From Candidatus Omnitrophota bacterium (GTDB lineage Bacteria; Omnitrophota; Gorgyraeia; Zapsychrales; Fredricksoniimonadaceae): a stretch of 64,000 nt of DNA. The notes under the pieces are model-generated. The model was not told the origin of the DNA. It saw only the letters and a program-made list of their open reading frames with translations, and made no database searches. The DNA lies in NCBI GenBank assembly GCA_903944345.1, contig CAJARJ010000018.1, positions 45,933-109,932 of the forward strand, in the 5' to 3' direction. Of the stretch, positions 20,579-30,659 are shown piece by piece. A program made the translations under genes and the position numbers. The number at the start of each line of letters is the position of its first letter. Positions within the stretch are counted from its first letter, which is position 1.

Positions 20579-21589
20579 TCAGGAAGCGGAAGCCCCTCTG
20601 CCGACACTCTTCAGGCTGTGTCCGGCATCCTGGGCTATCGAGCGCCCCAGCGAAGCCACCATCCCGGAAATACACAAAGCACAATCTGCGGGCTTGTCCT
20701 GGATACATATTTTGCCCGGATAAAGCTGATAATGCTCCCGATAACGCGTCGGAGTGACATTCGGCATAAGAACATTGGCCCCGCAACGCAAAGCCCGCTG
20801 GCGACCCTGCTTGTCAATGGACCCCATGGCCGTCGTTGCCGGAATATGTGTGTTACGCGTGACCAGACGAATCAAGGCCACAGCTCTGAGTGTCATGTCC
20901 AGCGTACCACTGACCGCCCCCTCCAACGGAGTCTGGGGATTGGGAATAAACGGCCCGATCCCGATCATATCAAGATCCAGAATTTTCATCAACATAATGT
21001 CGTCGGCAATCATCTCCGGAGTCTGACCGGGCAACCCCACCATAATACCCGATCCAACCTGAAAGCCCAGTTCCTTGAGCCAGAGCAGACATTGCATCCG
21101 CTCGTCAAACGAAGAGTCTGGCTTCAGCTCGGCAAACAACCGGCTTGAGGAAGTTTCGAAACGCAACAGATACCGGTCGGCTCCCGCCGCCTTGAGGCTG
21201 GCGTATTCCTCGCGAGTTTTCTCACCAATCGAAAGGGTAATGGCCACCTTGAGCTCACGCTTTATGCGCTCCAACAGGCGACAAACATCTGCCACCGGAT
21301 AAGCGGAACTCTCTCCTGACTGCAGCACCAGGCTTTTATACCCGAGTCGCGCGGCATTGGCCGCAGTTTCGTAAATCTCGTCGATACTCATACTGTAACG
21401 TTCAACAGCACGGTTGCTGCGCCGCAATCCGCAATAAAAACAGTCTCTGCCGCAAACATTGGAGAATTCAATAAGGCCGCGCAAATGCACAGCATCCCCT
21501 ACCTGCTCGCGCCGGACACGATCAGCCTCGGCAAAAATATCCTGCACATCAGGCCTCGTCAGGCCGTCTACAATCTGTGCGTAGGTCAT
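20579..21589 (-). CDS. hydE: [FeFe]-hydrogenase maturase HydE
   Basis: CGRDCFYC, YLLRFET, GANVLMPN, YQLYPGK. Confidence 0.95.
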   Translation of the reverse strand: MTYAQIVDGLTRPDVQDIFAEADRVRREQVGDAVHLRGLIEFSNVCGRDCFYCGLRRSNRAVERYSMSIDEIYETAANAARLGYKSLVLQSGESSAYPVADVCRLLERIKRELKVAITLSIGEKTREEYASLKAAGADRYLLRFETSSSRLFAELKPDSSFDERMQCLLWLKELGFQVGSGIMVGLPGQTPEMIADDIMLMKILDLDMIGIGPFIPNPQTPLEGAVSGTLDMTLRAVALIRLVTRNTHIPATTAMGSIDKQGRQRALRCGANVLMPNVTPTRYREHYQLYPGKICIQDKPADCALCISGMVASLGRSIAQDAGHSLKSVGRGASAS

Positions 21590-21594
21590 AGGCT

Positions 21595-21888
21595 TCAGGC
21601 ATCCCCCTTCCCCGCGTGTTTCTCGAATAGTTCCCGGATTTGCTCCCGGTCGATGTCTGATCCATTACCAGGATAGAACAACAAAGCCCACTCCGGGCTA
21701 AGAATAACTCTTTGCGGAGCATCAAACGATTCTTCCAGCGGCAAACGCCCCGCGGCATAAGACCAGCGCTGACCGGCAATACGCACCAGGTGCACCGGCC
21801 CGCCGGTCTCGGACTCAAGCATTGACTCCAATTGCTCAAAAGCCTGCATCATGTTGACATTCACATAACCTCCCTCGCCATCCGGCAT
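21595..21888 (-). CDS. Small hypothetical protein between hydG and hydE
   Basis: Fills the gap co-directionally; contains RWSYAAG; start uncertain. Confidence 0.5.
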   Translation of the reverse strand: MPDGEGGYVNVNMMQAFEQLESMLESETGGPVHLVRIAGQRWSYAAGRLPLEESFDAPQRVILSPEWALLFYPGNGSDIDREQIRELFEKHAGKGDA

Positions 21889-21925
21889 TTTAATACCGGG
21901 GCGTATCCATTTGCATGCCCTTCGC

Positions 21926-23437
21926 TTACAAGTAAAGATCCCGCTCCCCTGTCTTGATTCTGCGGTGATAATCCATAAAAATATCCAGTGCCTTGGGATT
22001 CTTTTCCTTGATCTGGGCTATCTCTTTGTCGATCAAAGGCTCTCCGGCCTTACGGGCTTCTTCGCTGCCAAAATCATCCAGCCATTCCTGAAAAGTCAGT
22101 ACGGCGTTAAGTTTACAAAACTTTCCTTCGGTGCCGCTGCGCAAAAGATCCATAATACATTTTCCGGTGCGCCCGCAGCGATAGCCCGCCGTACAAAAAG
22201 AAGTAATATGCCCCATCCGGGCCAAATCACGGATAAGCTCATCCAGCGATCGGGTATCTCCAAGAATAAACTGCTGGCGGTCTTCCTTCTGAACTGTCAC
22301 CGCGTCCGTCGTCCCGCCGGAATAGGAACCGATCGCAATACGGCTTGAGGCGTCCATCTGGGTAATACCCATGCGAACGGCCTCATCACGGATATCGGCT
22401 CGTTCGCGGGCGGTAATGATCATGCCGGTATAAGGAACCGCCAGACGGATAATCAGCATGATTTTCTTGAAATCCTCGTCATTCACCAGATAAGGCCAGT
22501 CTGCGGGTATCGCAGAATTCAAGGCAGGCACCAGCCGAGGGAAAGAAATCGTATGGGCCCCGATACCCAGACGTTTTTCCAGCTCCTGGGTGTGATACAC
22601 CAGCGACATGAGTTCAAATCGCCAGTCGTAAAGACCGAAAAGCACTCCGATCCCGACATCATCGATCCCCGCCTCCAGAGCTCGATGCATGCAATACAGT
22701 CGCCAGTTATAATTGCCCTTGAGAGTCCCGGCAGGATGCATGCGCGCGTATGTTTCCTTATGGTAAGTTTCCTGGAACACCTGATAAGTTCCGATACCAG
22801 CTTCATTGATGCGGCGCAAGTCTTCCACACAGAACGGCGGCGCATTGACGTTAACCCGACGGATAGACCCGTGTCCATTCCGTGTCTTGACCCGGACGGA
22901 ATAAATTGTTTTCAGGCTCTCGATAATATAGTCCACATCATTCTTCGGGTGCTCCCCGTAAACCACAATCAGGCGTTTGTGACCGATCTCGCCAGCCAAA
23001 ACAGAGATTTCCCGGCGTATTTCATCAGGTGAAAGCACCTTGCGCTGCGCGTCGCAATTGTCGTTATTAAACCCGCAATAGGAACAGCGGTTCACGCAAT
23101 AATTTCCCAGATAGAACGGGGCAAAGGTCACGATCCGGTTATCGTAGATCTTGAGTTTGATCCTGAGAGCGGTATCCCGCATTTCTTCCAGCATCCCGGG
23201 ATCACGGACATTGATCAGAACCGCAACCTGCTCGGGAGACAGATCCTTGATTGCCATCGATTGAGCCAGGATTTCCCTGACCTGACGGGGATCCGGCTCT
23301 TTGGGCGCCTCCGCCAACTGGCGCTCGATCAGAACATCGTCAATGAAATCGCGTCCGTGATCCATATATTTGACAATCTCGTCATTCTTGATCCGGCGGC
23401 TCATCCAGGATGAGGTATTTGTCTCTTCCGTCAACAT
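21926..23437 (-). CDS. hydG: [FeFe]-hydrogenase maturase HydG
   Basis: CVNRCSYC, FQETYH, HTISFPR and C-terminal CX5CX19C auxiliary-cluster motif; start at MLTEET with AGGAG RBS. Confidence 0.95.
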   Translation of the reverse strand: MLTEETNTSSWMSRRIKNDEIVKYMDHGRDFIDDVLIERQLAEAPKEPDPRQVREILAQSMAIKDLSPEQVAVLINVRDPGMLEEMRDTALRIKLKIYDNRIVTFAPFYLGNYCVNRCSYCGFNNDNCDAQRKVLSPDEIRREISVLAGEIGHKRLIVVYGEHPKNDVDYIIESLKTIYSVRVKTRNGHGSIRRVNVNAPPFCVEDLRRINEAGIGTYQVFQETYHKETYARMHPAGTLKGNYNWRLYCMHRALEAGIDDVGIGVLFGLYDWRFELMSLVYHTQELEKRLGIGAHTISFPRLVPALNSAIPADWPYLVNDEDFKKIMLIIRLAVPYTGMIITARERADIRDEAVRMGITQMDASSRIAIGSYSGGTTDAVTVQKEDRQQFILGDTRSLDELIRDLARMGHITSFCTAGYRCGRTGKCIMDLLRSGTEGKFCKLNAVLTFQEWLDDFGSEEARKAGEPLIDKEIAQIKEKNPKALDIFMDYHRRIKTGERDLYL

Positions 23438-23468
23438 AGCTGTTCTCCTTTTCGGGAATCCGTATGGA

Positions 23469-24716
23469 TCATCCCTTGTTAAGCTCTTGCTCAAAAGCTT
23501 CCAGTGCCGCCGGAAATGGCGACAAAGCTCTCCTTAAAACTCCCTGCACCAGAGAAATTGCAACGCCGTAATTCGTTACCGGAACGCCCATCCCCCTGGC
23601 CTGCTGCAAACGAAAAAGTGTTTCGCCCCGCGTCAACATGCATGAACCGCAATGAATCACCAGCTTGTACCTGGCCAGATCCTGCGGATAATCCCGCCCG
23701 GCACAATGTTCGACCACAAGATCCCCTCCGACATGCTGACGCAGCCAGCGCGGAATCTTGACCCGTCCGATATCATCCTCAAGGGCATGATGCGAACAGC
23801 TTTCGGCCACCAGAACCCGGTCGCCGGGAACAAGCTTGTCAATCGCGGCCGCCCCGCGCGCCAGCTCAACCAGATCTCCCTTGAAGCGGGCAAAAAGAAC
23901 CGAGAACGTAGTGCACTTGACCTCCCGGGGCGTATCGGCGACAGTTTTCATAACCACCTGCGAATCGCAAACCACCAGATCAGGCGGGCGGCGTAAATTA
24001 GCCAGGCAAGCGGCATACTCGCGATCCTTGACCACAACAGCAACCGCGTCATTATCCAGTAAATCCCGGATGGCCTGGACCTGCGGCACAATAAGCCGGC
24101 CCTTGGGGGCTTCCAGGTCAATAGGAACCACCAGCACTACCGTTCCTCCCGCCGGAACCAGATCACCCAGCAATGAAAGCGGCTGGAGAAAATCCTGCGG
24201 ACAAACCTCCAGCAAATATGCTTTTAAACGATTTAACCAGACCTCTCTGTTTTCCCTGCGAATGCTCGACACCTCCACAACCCTCGGGGTCAAACCAGCA
24301 AGCCTGGCCATAAAAGCAGGCGAGGCAGGAGCAATATCCGTCTTGTTCACGATGACAATAAACGGCTTTTTCTTTTCCTGCAAAACGGCCAGCAACTCGT
24401 CCTCTGACGCACCCCACACCTCAGGCTCGACAACCACAAGCGAGATATCCGCACGGTTCATGGCCCTTCGGGCCCGCTCAATACGCCGATCGGCCAGCTC
24501 CGACACATCATCCAGTCCCGCCGTATCCAGAAAGACCACCGGCCCCAGAGGCGGCAGTTCCATGGTCTTTTCGACCACATCCGTGGTTGTGCCCGGAACG
24601 GGGGAGGTAATAGAAACATCCTGTCCGGCCAGCATATTAAGAAAACTGGACTTGCCGACATTCGCCCGGCCAAAAATGCCGATCTGTAAACGTAATGACT
24701 TAGGTTGCGCCTGCAT
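23469..24716 (-). CDS. hydF: [FeFe]-hydrogenase maturation GTPase HydF
   Basis: GRANVGKS, GTTTD, DTAG, NKTD, CSH...HCGSC. Confidence 0.96.
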   Translation of the reverse strand: MQAQPKSLRLQIGIFGRANVGKSSFLNMLAGQDVSITSPVPGTTTDVVEKTMELPPLGPVVFLDTAGLDDVSELADRRIERARRAMNRADISLVVVEPEVWGASEDELLAVLQEKKKPFIVIVNKTDIAPASPAFMARLAGLTPRVVEVSSIRRENREVWLNRLKAYLLEVCPQDFLQPLSLLGDLVPAGGTVVLVVPIDLEAPKGRLIVPQVQAIRDLLDNDAVAVVVKDREYAACLANLRRPPDLVVCDSQVVMKTVADTPREVKCTTFSVLFARFKGDLVELARGAAAIDKLVPGDRVLVAESCSHHALEDDIGRVKIPRWLRQHVGGDLVVEHCAGRDYPQDLARYKLVIHCGSCMLTRGETLFRLQQARGMGVPVTNYGVAISLVQGVLRRALSPFPAALEAFEQELNKG

Positions 24717-24719
24717 TTT

Positions 24720-25340
24720 TTATTCTCCCTGATTACGGAAACCGGACAAATTGTTCCGGAACAGAAATCTGAAAACCATATACGACAAAGGCACGATCAC
24801 CGCCCAGGACAACAGAACGCTCGTTAGAAAATAACGCAAATACCCGCCGCCGGGATCATCCGCATCACAAGGAAAGAAGACGCAATTGACATTCTTGAAA
24901 GCCGGGGTCAGCAGAAACGTTCCGACCATAAGAACCGCCCCGCAGGCAACCGCCCAGACAAGCGAGCGGCGGTCAAAGCCAAGGCGTGTAACTCCCCAAA
25001 AGGAAACCGGAATAACAAAAGTATGAATCACCGCCGACCCCCAGTAAATCAGCGGGCCGCAAGGCTCCAGCATGGCAGTACGCCCCATCCCCCGTCCAAA
25101 AAATTCCAGCACAAAATCCAGGGCCCACAATGACTGGGCTGGAACCGAAAGAACCAGACAAACACTCAAAAACAAGGCCGAACGCCGGAACAATGCATAC
25201 GCGAGCAACAGCGTTATCAAGGGACAAAACCAGAAAACCTCCGTCCAATCCCCCCAGTTGGCAAAAATATCCATAATAACCAGAAATACGCTCAAGGCGG
25301 CCAGCCGCCGGAAAGATATGCCGGAAGAACGCTTTCTCAC
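24720..25340 (-). CDS. Integral membrane protein of unknown function
   Basis: About 6 TM; FWFCP, IH and NVNCVF motifs; 4-nt overlap with aspA. Confidence 0.7.
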   Translation of the reverse strand: MRKRSSGISFRRLAALSVFLVIMDIFANWGDWTEVFWFCPLITLLLAYALFRRSALFLSVCLVLSVPAQSLWALDFVLEFFGRGMGRTAMLEPCGPLIYWGSAVIHTFVIPVSFWGVTRLGFDRRSLVWAVACGAVLMVGTFLLTPAFKNVNCVFFPCDADDPGGGYLRYFLTSVLLSWAVIVPLSYMVFRFLFRNNLSGFRNQGE

Positions 25341-26713
25341 TTTTTATACCCCAGAGCTGTCAGATTATGGGGAGCGAGCACCTTGTCAACCAGCTCACCG
25401 CCCAGACGTTCCGTCAGAAAAACCCTTAAATCCGCGCGCCCGCAGGAATCAAACTCTTTTAACAGATCCCTGGCTTTCTCGTAACCGATAGCCGGAACAA
25501 ACGCGGTTACAATCATCCGGCTCCGGTCGAAATATTCCCGGCACCCGGAAGCATTGGCCTCTATCTGATCCACATGACGGGCAAGAATACGGCTGGCATT
25601 GATCAAAAGCTCCAGTGAATCAAGCAGAGCCCCCGCCAGAAGCGGAAGAAATTCATTGATCTGGAAACTCCCCCGCGAAGCGCTTTCGGTAACAAGAAAG
25701 TCATTGGCCATGACCTGCAGTCCGGCCTGGATAACCGCCTCGGGAATGACCGGATTAACCTTACCCGGCATGATCGAGGAACCGGCCTGCAAAGCCGCAA
25801 GGCGCAACTCCCCCAAATAATTAAGGTGGCGCAAATCATTGCCTATTTTGACCAGATTGGATGCCAGCGCCTTGAGAATTCCGGACACTTCGACAAAAAC
25901 ATCTGCGTTAGCCGTTTCTCCGGCGGGAAGCTCTCCGCGCGACAAGCCAAACCCGGTCAGGGCACGCAATTTCTCGATAACCAGAAAAATATATTCACGC
26001 GGAGCACCCAGTCCGGTTCCGATAGCCGTCCCCCCAAGATTGACAACCCGAAGACGTTCCTCGCATTTGAACGTACGCCAGCGGTCTCTGGCAAACGCTT
26101 CTGCCCAGACCGCACATTCCAGCCCGAGTGTCATGGGCACGGCATCCTGCAACTCAGTCCTTCCAATCTTGACAATCGAAGCAAACTCATTTTCCTTGCG
26201 CTGGAATGCCCCCTGCAAAAGAGCGACCGACTCGCTCAACAGTCTTAACTGTCCAATGGCCGCAACCTTGAGCGCTGTCGGATAAACATCGTTCGTTGAC
26301 TGATGCAGATTGACATGTTCCAAAGGATGAATCCTGTCGTAAGCCCCGCGAGAAAAGCCAGAGAGCTCCAGTGCGCGGTTGGCCAGAACTTCGTTCATAT
26401 TCATATTCGTCGATGTGCCTGCGCCTCCCTGCAAAAGGTCAACCGGAAACTGATCGGCAAGCGCCCCTTCAGCCACTTCCCGGCAGGCGCCAACAATCAC
26501 CCCGGCCTTATCTGCAGGCAGAAAGCCCAGATCAGCATTAGCCTCGGCACAGGCCTGCTTGACCTGGGCCATTGCCATAATAAGCACCCGCGGCACCTTG
26601 CGGGCAGAAAGCGGAAAGTTCTCCAGCGCGCGCAGGGTATGAATTCCCCAATACACTTGCGCGGGGACATCCCGCTCTCCCAGCGAATCTTTTTCACGAC
26701 GAACAGAATCCAT
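25337..26713 (-). CDS. aspA: Aspartate ammonia-lyase (fumarase/aspartase family)
   Basis: QGGAGTSTNMN, QSTNDVYPT, GRTELQDA, GSSIMPGKVNP. Confidence 0.92.
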   Translation of the reverse strand: MDSVRREKDSLGERDVPAQVYWGIHTLRALENFPLSARKVPRVLIMAMAQVKQACAEANADLGFLPADKAGVIVGACREVAEGALADQFPVDLLQGGAGTSTNMNMNEVLANRALELSGFSRGAYDRIHPLEHVNLHQSTNDVYPTALKVAAIGQLRLLSESVALLQGAFQRKENEFASIVKIGRTELQDAVPMTLGLECAVWAEAFARDRWRTFKCEERLRVVNLGGTAIGTGLGAPREYIFLVIEKLRALTGFGLSRGELPAGETANADVFVEVSGILKALASNLVKIGNDLRHLNYLGELRLAALQAGSSIMPGKVNPVIPEAVIQAGLQVMANDFLVTESASRGSFQINEFLPLLAGALLDSLELLINASRILARHVDQIEANASGCREYFDRSRMIVTAFVPAIGYEKARDLLKEFDSCGRADLRVFLTERLGGELVDKVLAPHNLTALGYKK

Positions 26714-26716
26714 CTC

Positions 26717-26965
26717 CTACTCCTTAGCCAACGCCGAACGGACCGTGACACTGTCCACCGCGCCCAATTTTCCGGTGAGAGCACCAAGCTGATCGGAAGT
26801 CATATCAACCGTCAGGGTGATCACCCAGCACTGGCGGTCACGATAAGGAAGTCCGACTCGGGCAATAATATCTTCGCCATAATCCATCAGGATACGGTTG
26901 ACGACCTGAGCCGACTTCTTGCGGTCTTCAATAATAATTCCAACAAAACCCAGCCGCTTGCTCAT
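26717..26965 (-). CDS. TM1266-family iron-only hydrogenase system putative regulator (ACT-like)
   Basis: KRLGFVGIII, IIARVGLPY, LGALTGKLG; first gene of the maturation block. Confidence 0.88.
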   Translation of the reverse strand: MSKRLGFVGIIIEDRKKSAQVVNRILMDYGEDIIARVGLPYRDRQCWVITLTVDMTSDQLGALTGKLGAVDSVTVRSALAKE

Positions 26966-26983
26966 TCATTCCTCCTTGTTAAT

Positions 26984-27017
26984 AAAAAAACCCGTCCCGG
27001 CACAAAGCCGGGACGGG
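26984..27017 (-). terminator. Intrinsic terminator between hydA and the maturation genes
   Basis: Perfect 11-bp stem CCCGTCCCGGC / GCCGGGACGGG plus T7, just before the RBS of the TM1266-like gene. Confidence 0.85.
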
Positions 27018-27096
27018 AATAATTGATCGCTCCCAATCCCTGACTTCAGGAACTTGCGTTCCCTGGCTGCGGGTTTTTGAAAACTATACCAGATCG

Positions 27097-28857
27097 TTAC
27101 TTGTTATACAAGGGCCGTGATACATACGTTGTGTGCAAAAGCTCATGCGCCTTATGACTCAACGGCTTCTCCAGAAAATCCTTGTACAACTGCTGTACAT
27201 ACGGATTGTGATGCGAACAACGCACCGTCATAGCCGAATCTTCGTCATAAAGCCCCTTGGCGCGCTGCTGACGGATTTCATCGGTCACCATGTAAGGCTG
27301 TCCGCCGCCGCCCACACACCCGCCGGGGCAAGCCATAACTTCAATAAAGTGATACGGCACAGGCTGTTTCTTCTCGATCGCCTCGCGCACCTTGTTCATG
27401 ACATGCTTGACATTGGCCAGGCCATGCGCCACCGCAATCTTGACCTCGGTTCCCTTGATATTGACCGTCGTCTCCTTGACCCCCTCCAAACCGCGCACAG
27501 CGTAGAAATTAACATCCGCCAGATCTTCTCCGGTCACATTAAAGTAAGCCGTACGCAGAGCCGCTTCCATAACACCTCCGGTTGCGCCGAAAATTGTTCC
27601 GGCACCGGCATAATCACCCAGAATCGAATCCGCCTCTTCATCGGGCAAAGAGTTAAAATCGATGCCGGCGTGTTTGAGCATACGGATCAATTCGCGGGTG
27701 GTCAAAGATATATCCACATCCTGGTATCCGGAAGCGAACATATCCTTTGTGCGGCCAATCTCATACTTCTTGGCGGTACAAGGCATGACCGAAACAACAA
27801 CTATTTTGGAAGGATCTATATTCTGCTTGCCGGCATAGTAGGTCTTGGCCAGAACGCCAACCATTTCGTGAGGGCTCTTGGCAGAAGAAAAATGCTGGAT
27901 CATGTCGCCATAATACTTTTCAAGATAATCCACCCAGGCCGGACAGCAACTGGTAATAAGAGGCAATGCCCCCTTGCCATGGGCAAAGCGCTCCACAAAT
28001 TCGCCGGCTTCTTCAAGAATGGTCAAATCCGCACCGAAGTTGGTATCAAAAACCGCCTTGAACCCCAGGCGACGGAAGGCAGCATAAAGCTTTCTGGTCA
28101 GATTTGTTCCGACCGGATAACCAAAACCCTCCCCGACCGCCACACGAACCGCAGGCGCGACCTGAACCACCACAACCTTCTCCGGGTCCTGCAATGCATC
28201 CCATACCTTGCGGGTATCATCATGCTCAAAAATCGCACCTGTCGGACAATGCGCCGAGCACTGCCCGCAACGCACACAGGGAGAATCCGCCAGCTTGATG
28301 TCGCCGGCAGGAGCCATGCGCGTATTAAAACCGCGATCCATGAAAGAAAGAGCCCAAACATCCTGTACGTTCTGGCAAGCATCAATACAACGCCCGCACT
28401 TGATACATTTTTTGGGTTCCAGAATAAGGGTTCCGGTCGACTTGTCTGCCGGAATTTCCGGGACAATACGCTCAAAACGATCTTCACGAATACCAAATTC
28501 GGCGGCCAGTTTCTGCAATTCGCAATCATTGTTGCGTCCACAAATCAGGCAGTCCGTAGGGTGATTGGATAAAATCAGCTCCAGAACAGTCAGACGGGTC
28601 TGGACGATCTCGGAATCATGAGTGGTGACTTCCATCTTGTCTTCCAGGGGCGTACAACAGGCCCGCAGGAGTTTACGATTCCCCTTGACCTTGACAATGC
28701 AGATGCCACAGCCCGCCGAAGCAGTCAAATCGGGATGCTTGCATAAGGTCGGAATCTTGACCTGCACCAGCTTGGCGGCTTCCAGGATGGTTGTTCCATA
28801 AGCAACTTCCACCGGCTTGCCGTTAATGAGCGCTTTAACCATAGTAACGGTAGACAT
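27097..28857 (-). CDS. hydA: [FeFe]-hydrogenase catalytic subunit, group A3 (HndD/HydA)
   Basis: L1 TSCCPAW, L2 MPCTAKKYE, L3 EVMACPGGCVGGGGQP; N-terminal 2Fe-2S, His-ligated 4Fe-4S and 2x4Fe-4S domains. Confidence 0.97.
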   Translation of the reverse strand: MSTVTMVKALINGKPVEVAYGTTILEAAKLVQVKIPTLCKHPDLTASAGCGICIVKVKGNRKLLRACCTPLEDKMEVTTHDSEIVQTRLTVLELILSNHPTDCLICGRNNDCELQKLAAEFGIREDRFERIVPEIPADKSTGTLILEPKKCIKCGRCIDACQNVQDVWALSFMDRGFNTRMAPAGDIKLADSPCVRCGQCSAHCPTGAIFEHDDTRKVWDALQDPEKVVVVQVAPAVRVAVGEGFGYPVGTNLTRKLYAAFRRLGFKAVFDTNFGADLTILEEAGEFVERFAHGKGALPLITSCCPAWVDYLEKYYGDMIQHFSSAKSPHEMVGVLAKTYYAGKQNIDPSKIVVVSVMPCTAKKYEIGRTKDMFASGYQDVDISLTTRELIRMLKHAGIDFNSLPDEEADSILGDYAGAGTIFGATGGVMEAALRTAYFNVTGEDLADVNFYAVRGLEGVKETTVNIKGTEVKIAVAHGLANVKHVMNKVREAIEKKQPVPYHFIEVMACPGGCVGGGGQPYMVTDEIRQQRAKGLYDEDSAMTVRCSHHNPYVQQLYKDFLEKPLSHKAHELLHTTYVSRPLYNK

Positions 28858-28870
28858 GAATAGCTCCTTG

Positions 28871-30604
28871 TTATTGACGAGAAACTGCAGTGAACTTGCA
28901 AACGTCAAAGCACTGCCCGCAGCTGATACACTTTACGGCATCGATCGTATACTTGTCCTGCCGGCTTCCGGAAATCGCATCCGCCGGGCAAACCCGGGCG
29001 CACATGCCACAGCCGGTGCATTTCTCCCGGGTGATCCGGTAAGAAACCAGGCTGGAACACTTGCCCGCAGGGCACTTGTGATCGATAACGTGCGCGCGAT
29101 ATTCGGACATGAAATACTTCAACGTCGACAAAACAGGATTGGGAGCTGTCTGCCCCAACCCGCACAAGGATGCTTTCTGCATGGCCTGGGCGATCTGTGA
29201 AAGACGGGCGAGATCCTCTTCCTCCGCCTTGCCGTGAGAAATCTTTTTAAGAATAGCCAGCATCTGGGTGCCTCCCACGCGGCAAGGAGCGCATTTCCCG
29301 CAAGACTCATCCACACAGAAGCCAAGATAAAACTTGGAAATATCCACCGCGCAATCGTTCTCGTCGAGTACAATCATGCCGCCGGAGCCCATGATAGACC
29401 CCAGTTTCTGGAGGCTTTCATAGCCCACCGGCGTGTCAAAAAACTGTTCAGGAATAACGCCGCCAGAAGGCCCCCCGGTTTGTATGGCCTTGATGGCGCG
29501 ATTGTCCAGAACCCCGCCGCCGATCTCGAACACGATGTCCCTTAAAGAAATGCCCATCGGAACCTCAACCAGGCCGGAATTGCGTACCTTGCCGGTCAGC
29601 GCGAAAACCTTGGTCCCGGTCGAACCCTCTACCCCGATCTTTCCGAAAGCTTCCCCGCCCTTGCAAAGAATATAGGAAACATTCGCCAGAGTCTCGACGT
29701 TGTTGATAACCGTCGGATTGCCCCACAATCCCTTGACCGAGGGAAAAGGCGGACGCGGACGCGGATAACCCCGTAAACCCTCGACGGAAGCAATAAGGGC
29801 CGTTTCTTCTCCGCACACAAAAGCGCCGGCTCCCAGACGGATTTCAATGTCAAAACTGAAAGAAGAGCCGAGGATATTTTTCCCCAGCAGTCCCCTGGAA
29901 TAACAAATATCAATCCCCTTCTGGATGCGCTCGACAGCCAGAGGATATTCGGCACGAATGTAGAAAAAACCCTTGGTGGCACCGATCGCAATCGCCCCGA
30001 TCATCATGCCTTCGATAACAGAATGCGGATCCCCTTCAAGAACCGAACGGTCCATGTATGCCCCGGGGTCGCCTTCGTCACCGTTACAGATGATGTATTT
30101 CTCGTTCCCCTGGACACCCCGGGTGATGTTCCACTTCATCCAGGTCGGGAAGCCCGCGCCACCACGTCCGCGTAAACCCGACTTCTTCATTTCCTCAACA
30201 ACTTTCTCCGGCCCCAATTCAAGCGCCCGGGCCAGCCCCTGATAGCCGTCATGGGCTATGTAATCTTCAAGGCTCTCCGGATCTATAACACCGCAATTGC
30301 GCAAAACAATTCGCATTTGACCAACGGAACCCTCACGGGCGATACCAGCGACTTGCTCGCCCTTAAGCAGGGTTTTCTCAATAATCTCGGGAATATGCTT
30401 CTGTTCAAGATTGACGTAAGTAAACCCTTCCGGCAAAACCTTGAGCGCTATCCCGCGGTTGTAAACCCCGATATCCGCCGCCATAAGCGTCTGAACTTCA
30501 GAGGACAACCCGCGATCACGCAGCTGACTGTTTAAGGACACCAGAAATTCCCGGGTCTCTTTCTTCAATTTTCCGTTTGTGTCCTGAATAAGAACTCTTT
30601 TCAT
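28871..30604 (-). CDS. hydB: NuoF-like NAD(H)/FMN subunit (HndC/HydB)
   Basis: GLRGRGGAGFP, NGDEGDPG, GAGAFVCGEETAL, ESCGKCAPCRVG and C-terminal 2x4Fe-4S. Confidence 0.95.
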   Translation of the reverse strand: MKRVLIQDTNGKLKKETREFLVSLNSQLRDRGLSSEVQTLMAADIGVYNRGIALKVLPEGFTYVNLEQKHIPEIIEKTLLKGEQVAGIAREGSVGQMRIVLRNCGVIDPESLEDYIAHDGYQGLARALELGPEKVVEEMKKSGLRGRGGAGFPTWMKWNITRGVQGNEKYIICNGDEGDPGAYMDRSVLEGDPHSVIEGMMIGAIAIGATKGFFYIRAEYPLAVERIQKGIDICYSRGLLGKNILGSSFSFDIEIRLGAGAFVCGEETALIASVEGLRGYPRPRPPFPSVKGLWGNPTVINNVETLANVSYILCKGGEAFGKIGVEGSTGTKVFALTGKVRNSGLVEVPMGISLRDIVFEIGGGVLDNRAIKAIQTGGPSGGVIPEQFFDTPVGYESLQKLGSIMGSGGMIVLDENDCAVDISKFYLGFCVDESCGKCAPCRVGGTQMLAILKKISHGKAEEEDLARLSQIAQAMQKASLCGLGQTAPNPVLSTLKYFMSEYRAHVIDHKCPAGKCSSLVSYRITREKCTGCGMCARVCPADAISGSRQDKYTIDAVKCISCGQCFDVCKFTAVSRQ

Positions 30605-30659
30605 GCCCTTGTCCCCTGGTTGTGATTAAAGGTGCCACCTCGCGGATGTTCCGCGGGTT

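Noticed and set aside
22110-22200. HydG auxiliary motif lacking the second Cys of CX2CX22C
   Set aside because: It reads CX5CX19C, a known natural HydG variant, and the His of HTISFPR is retained.
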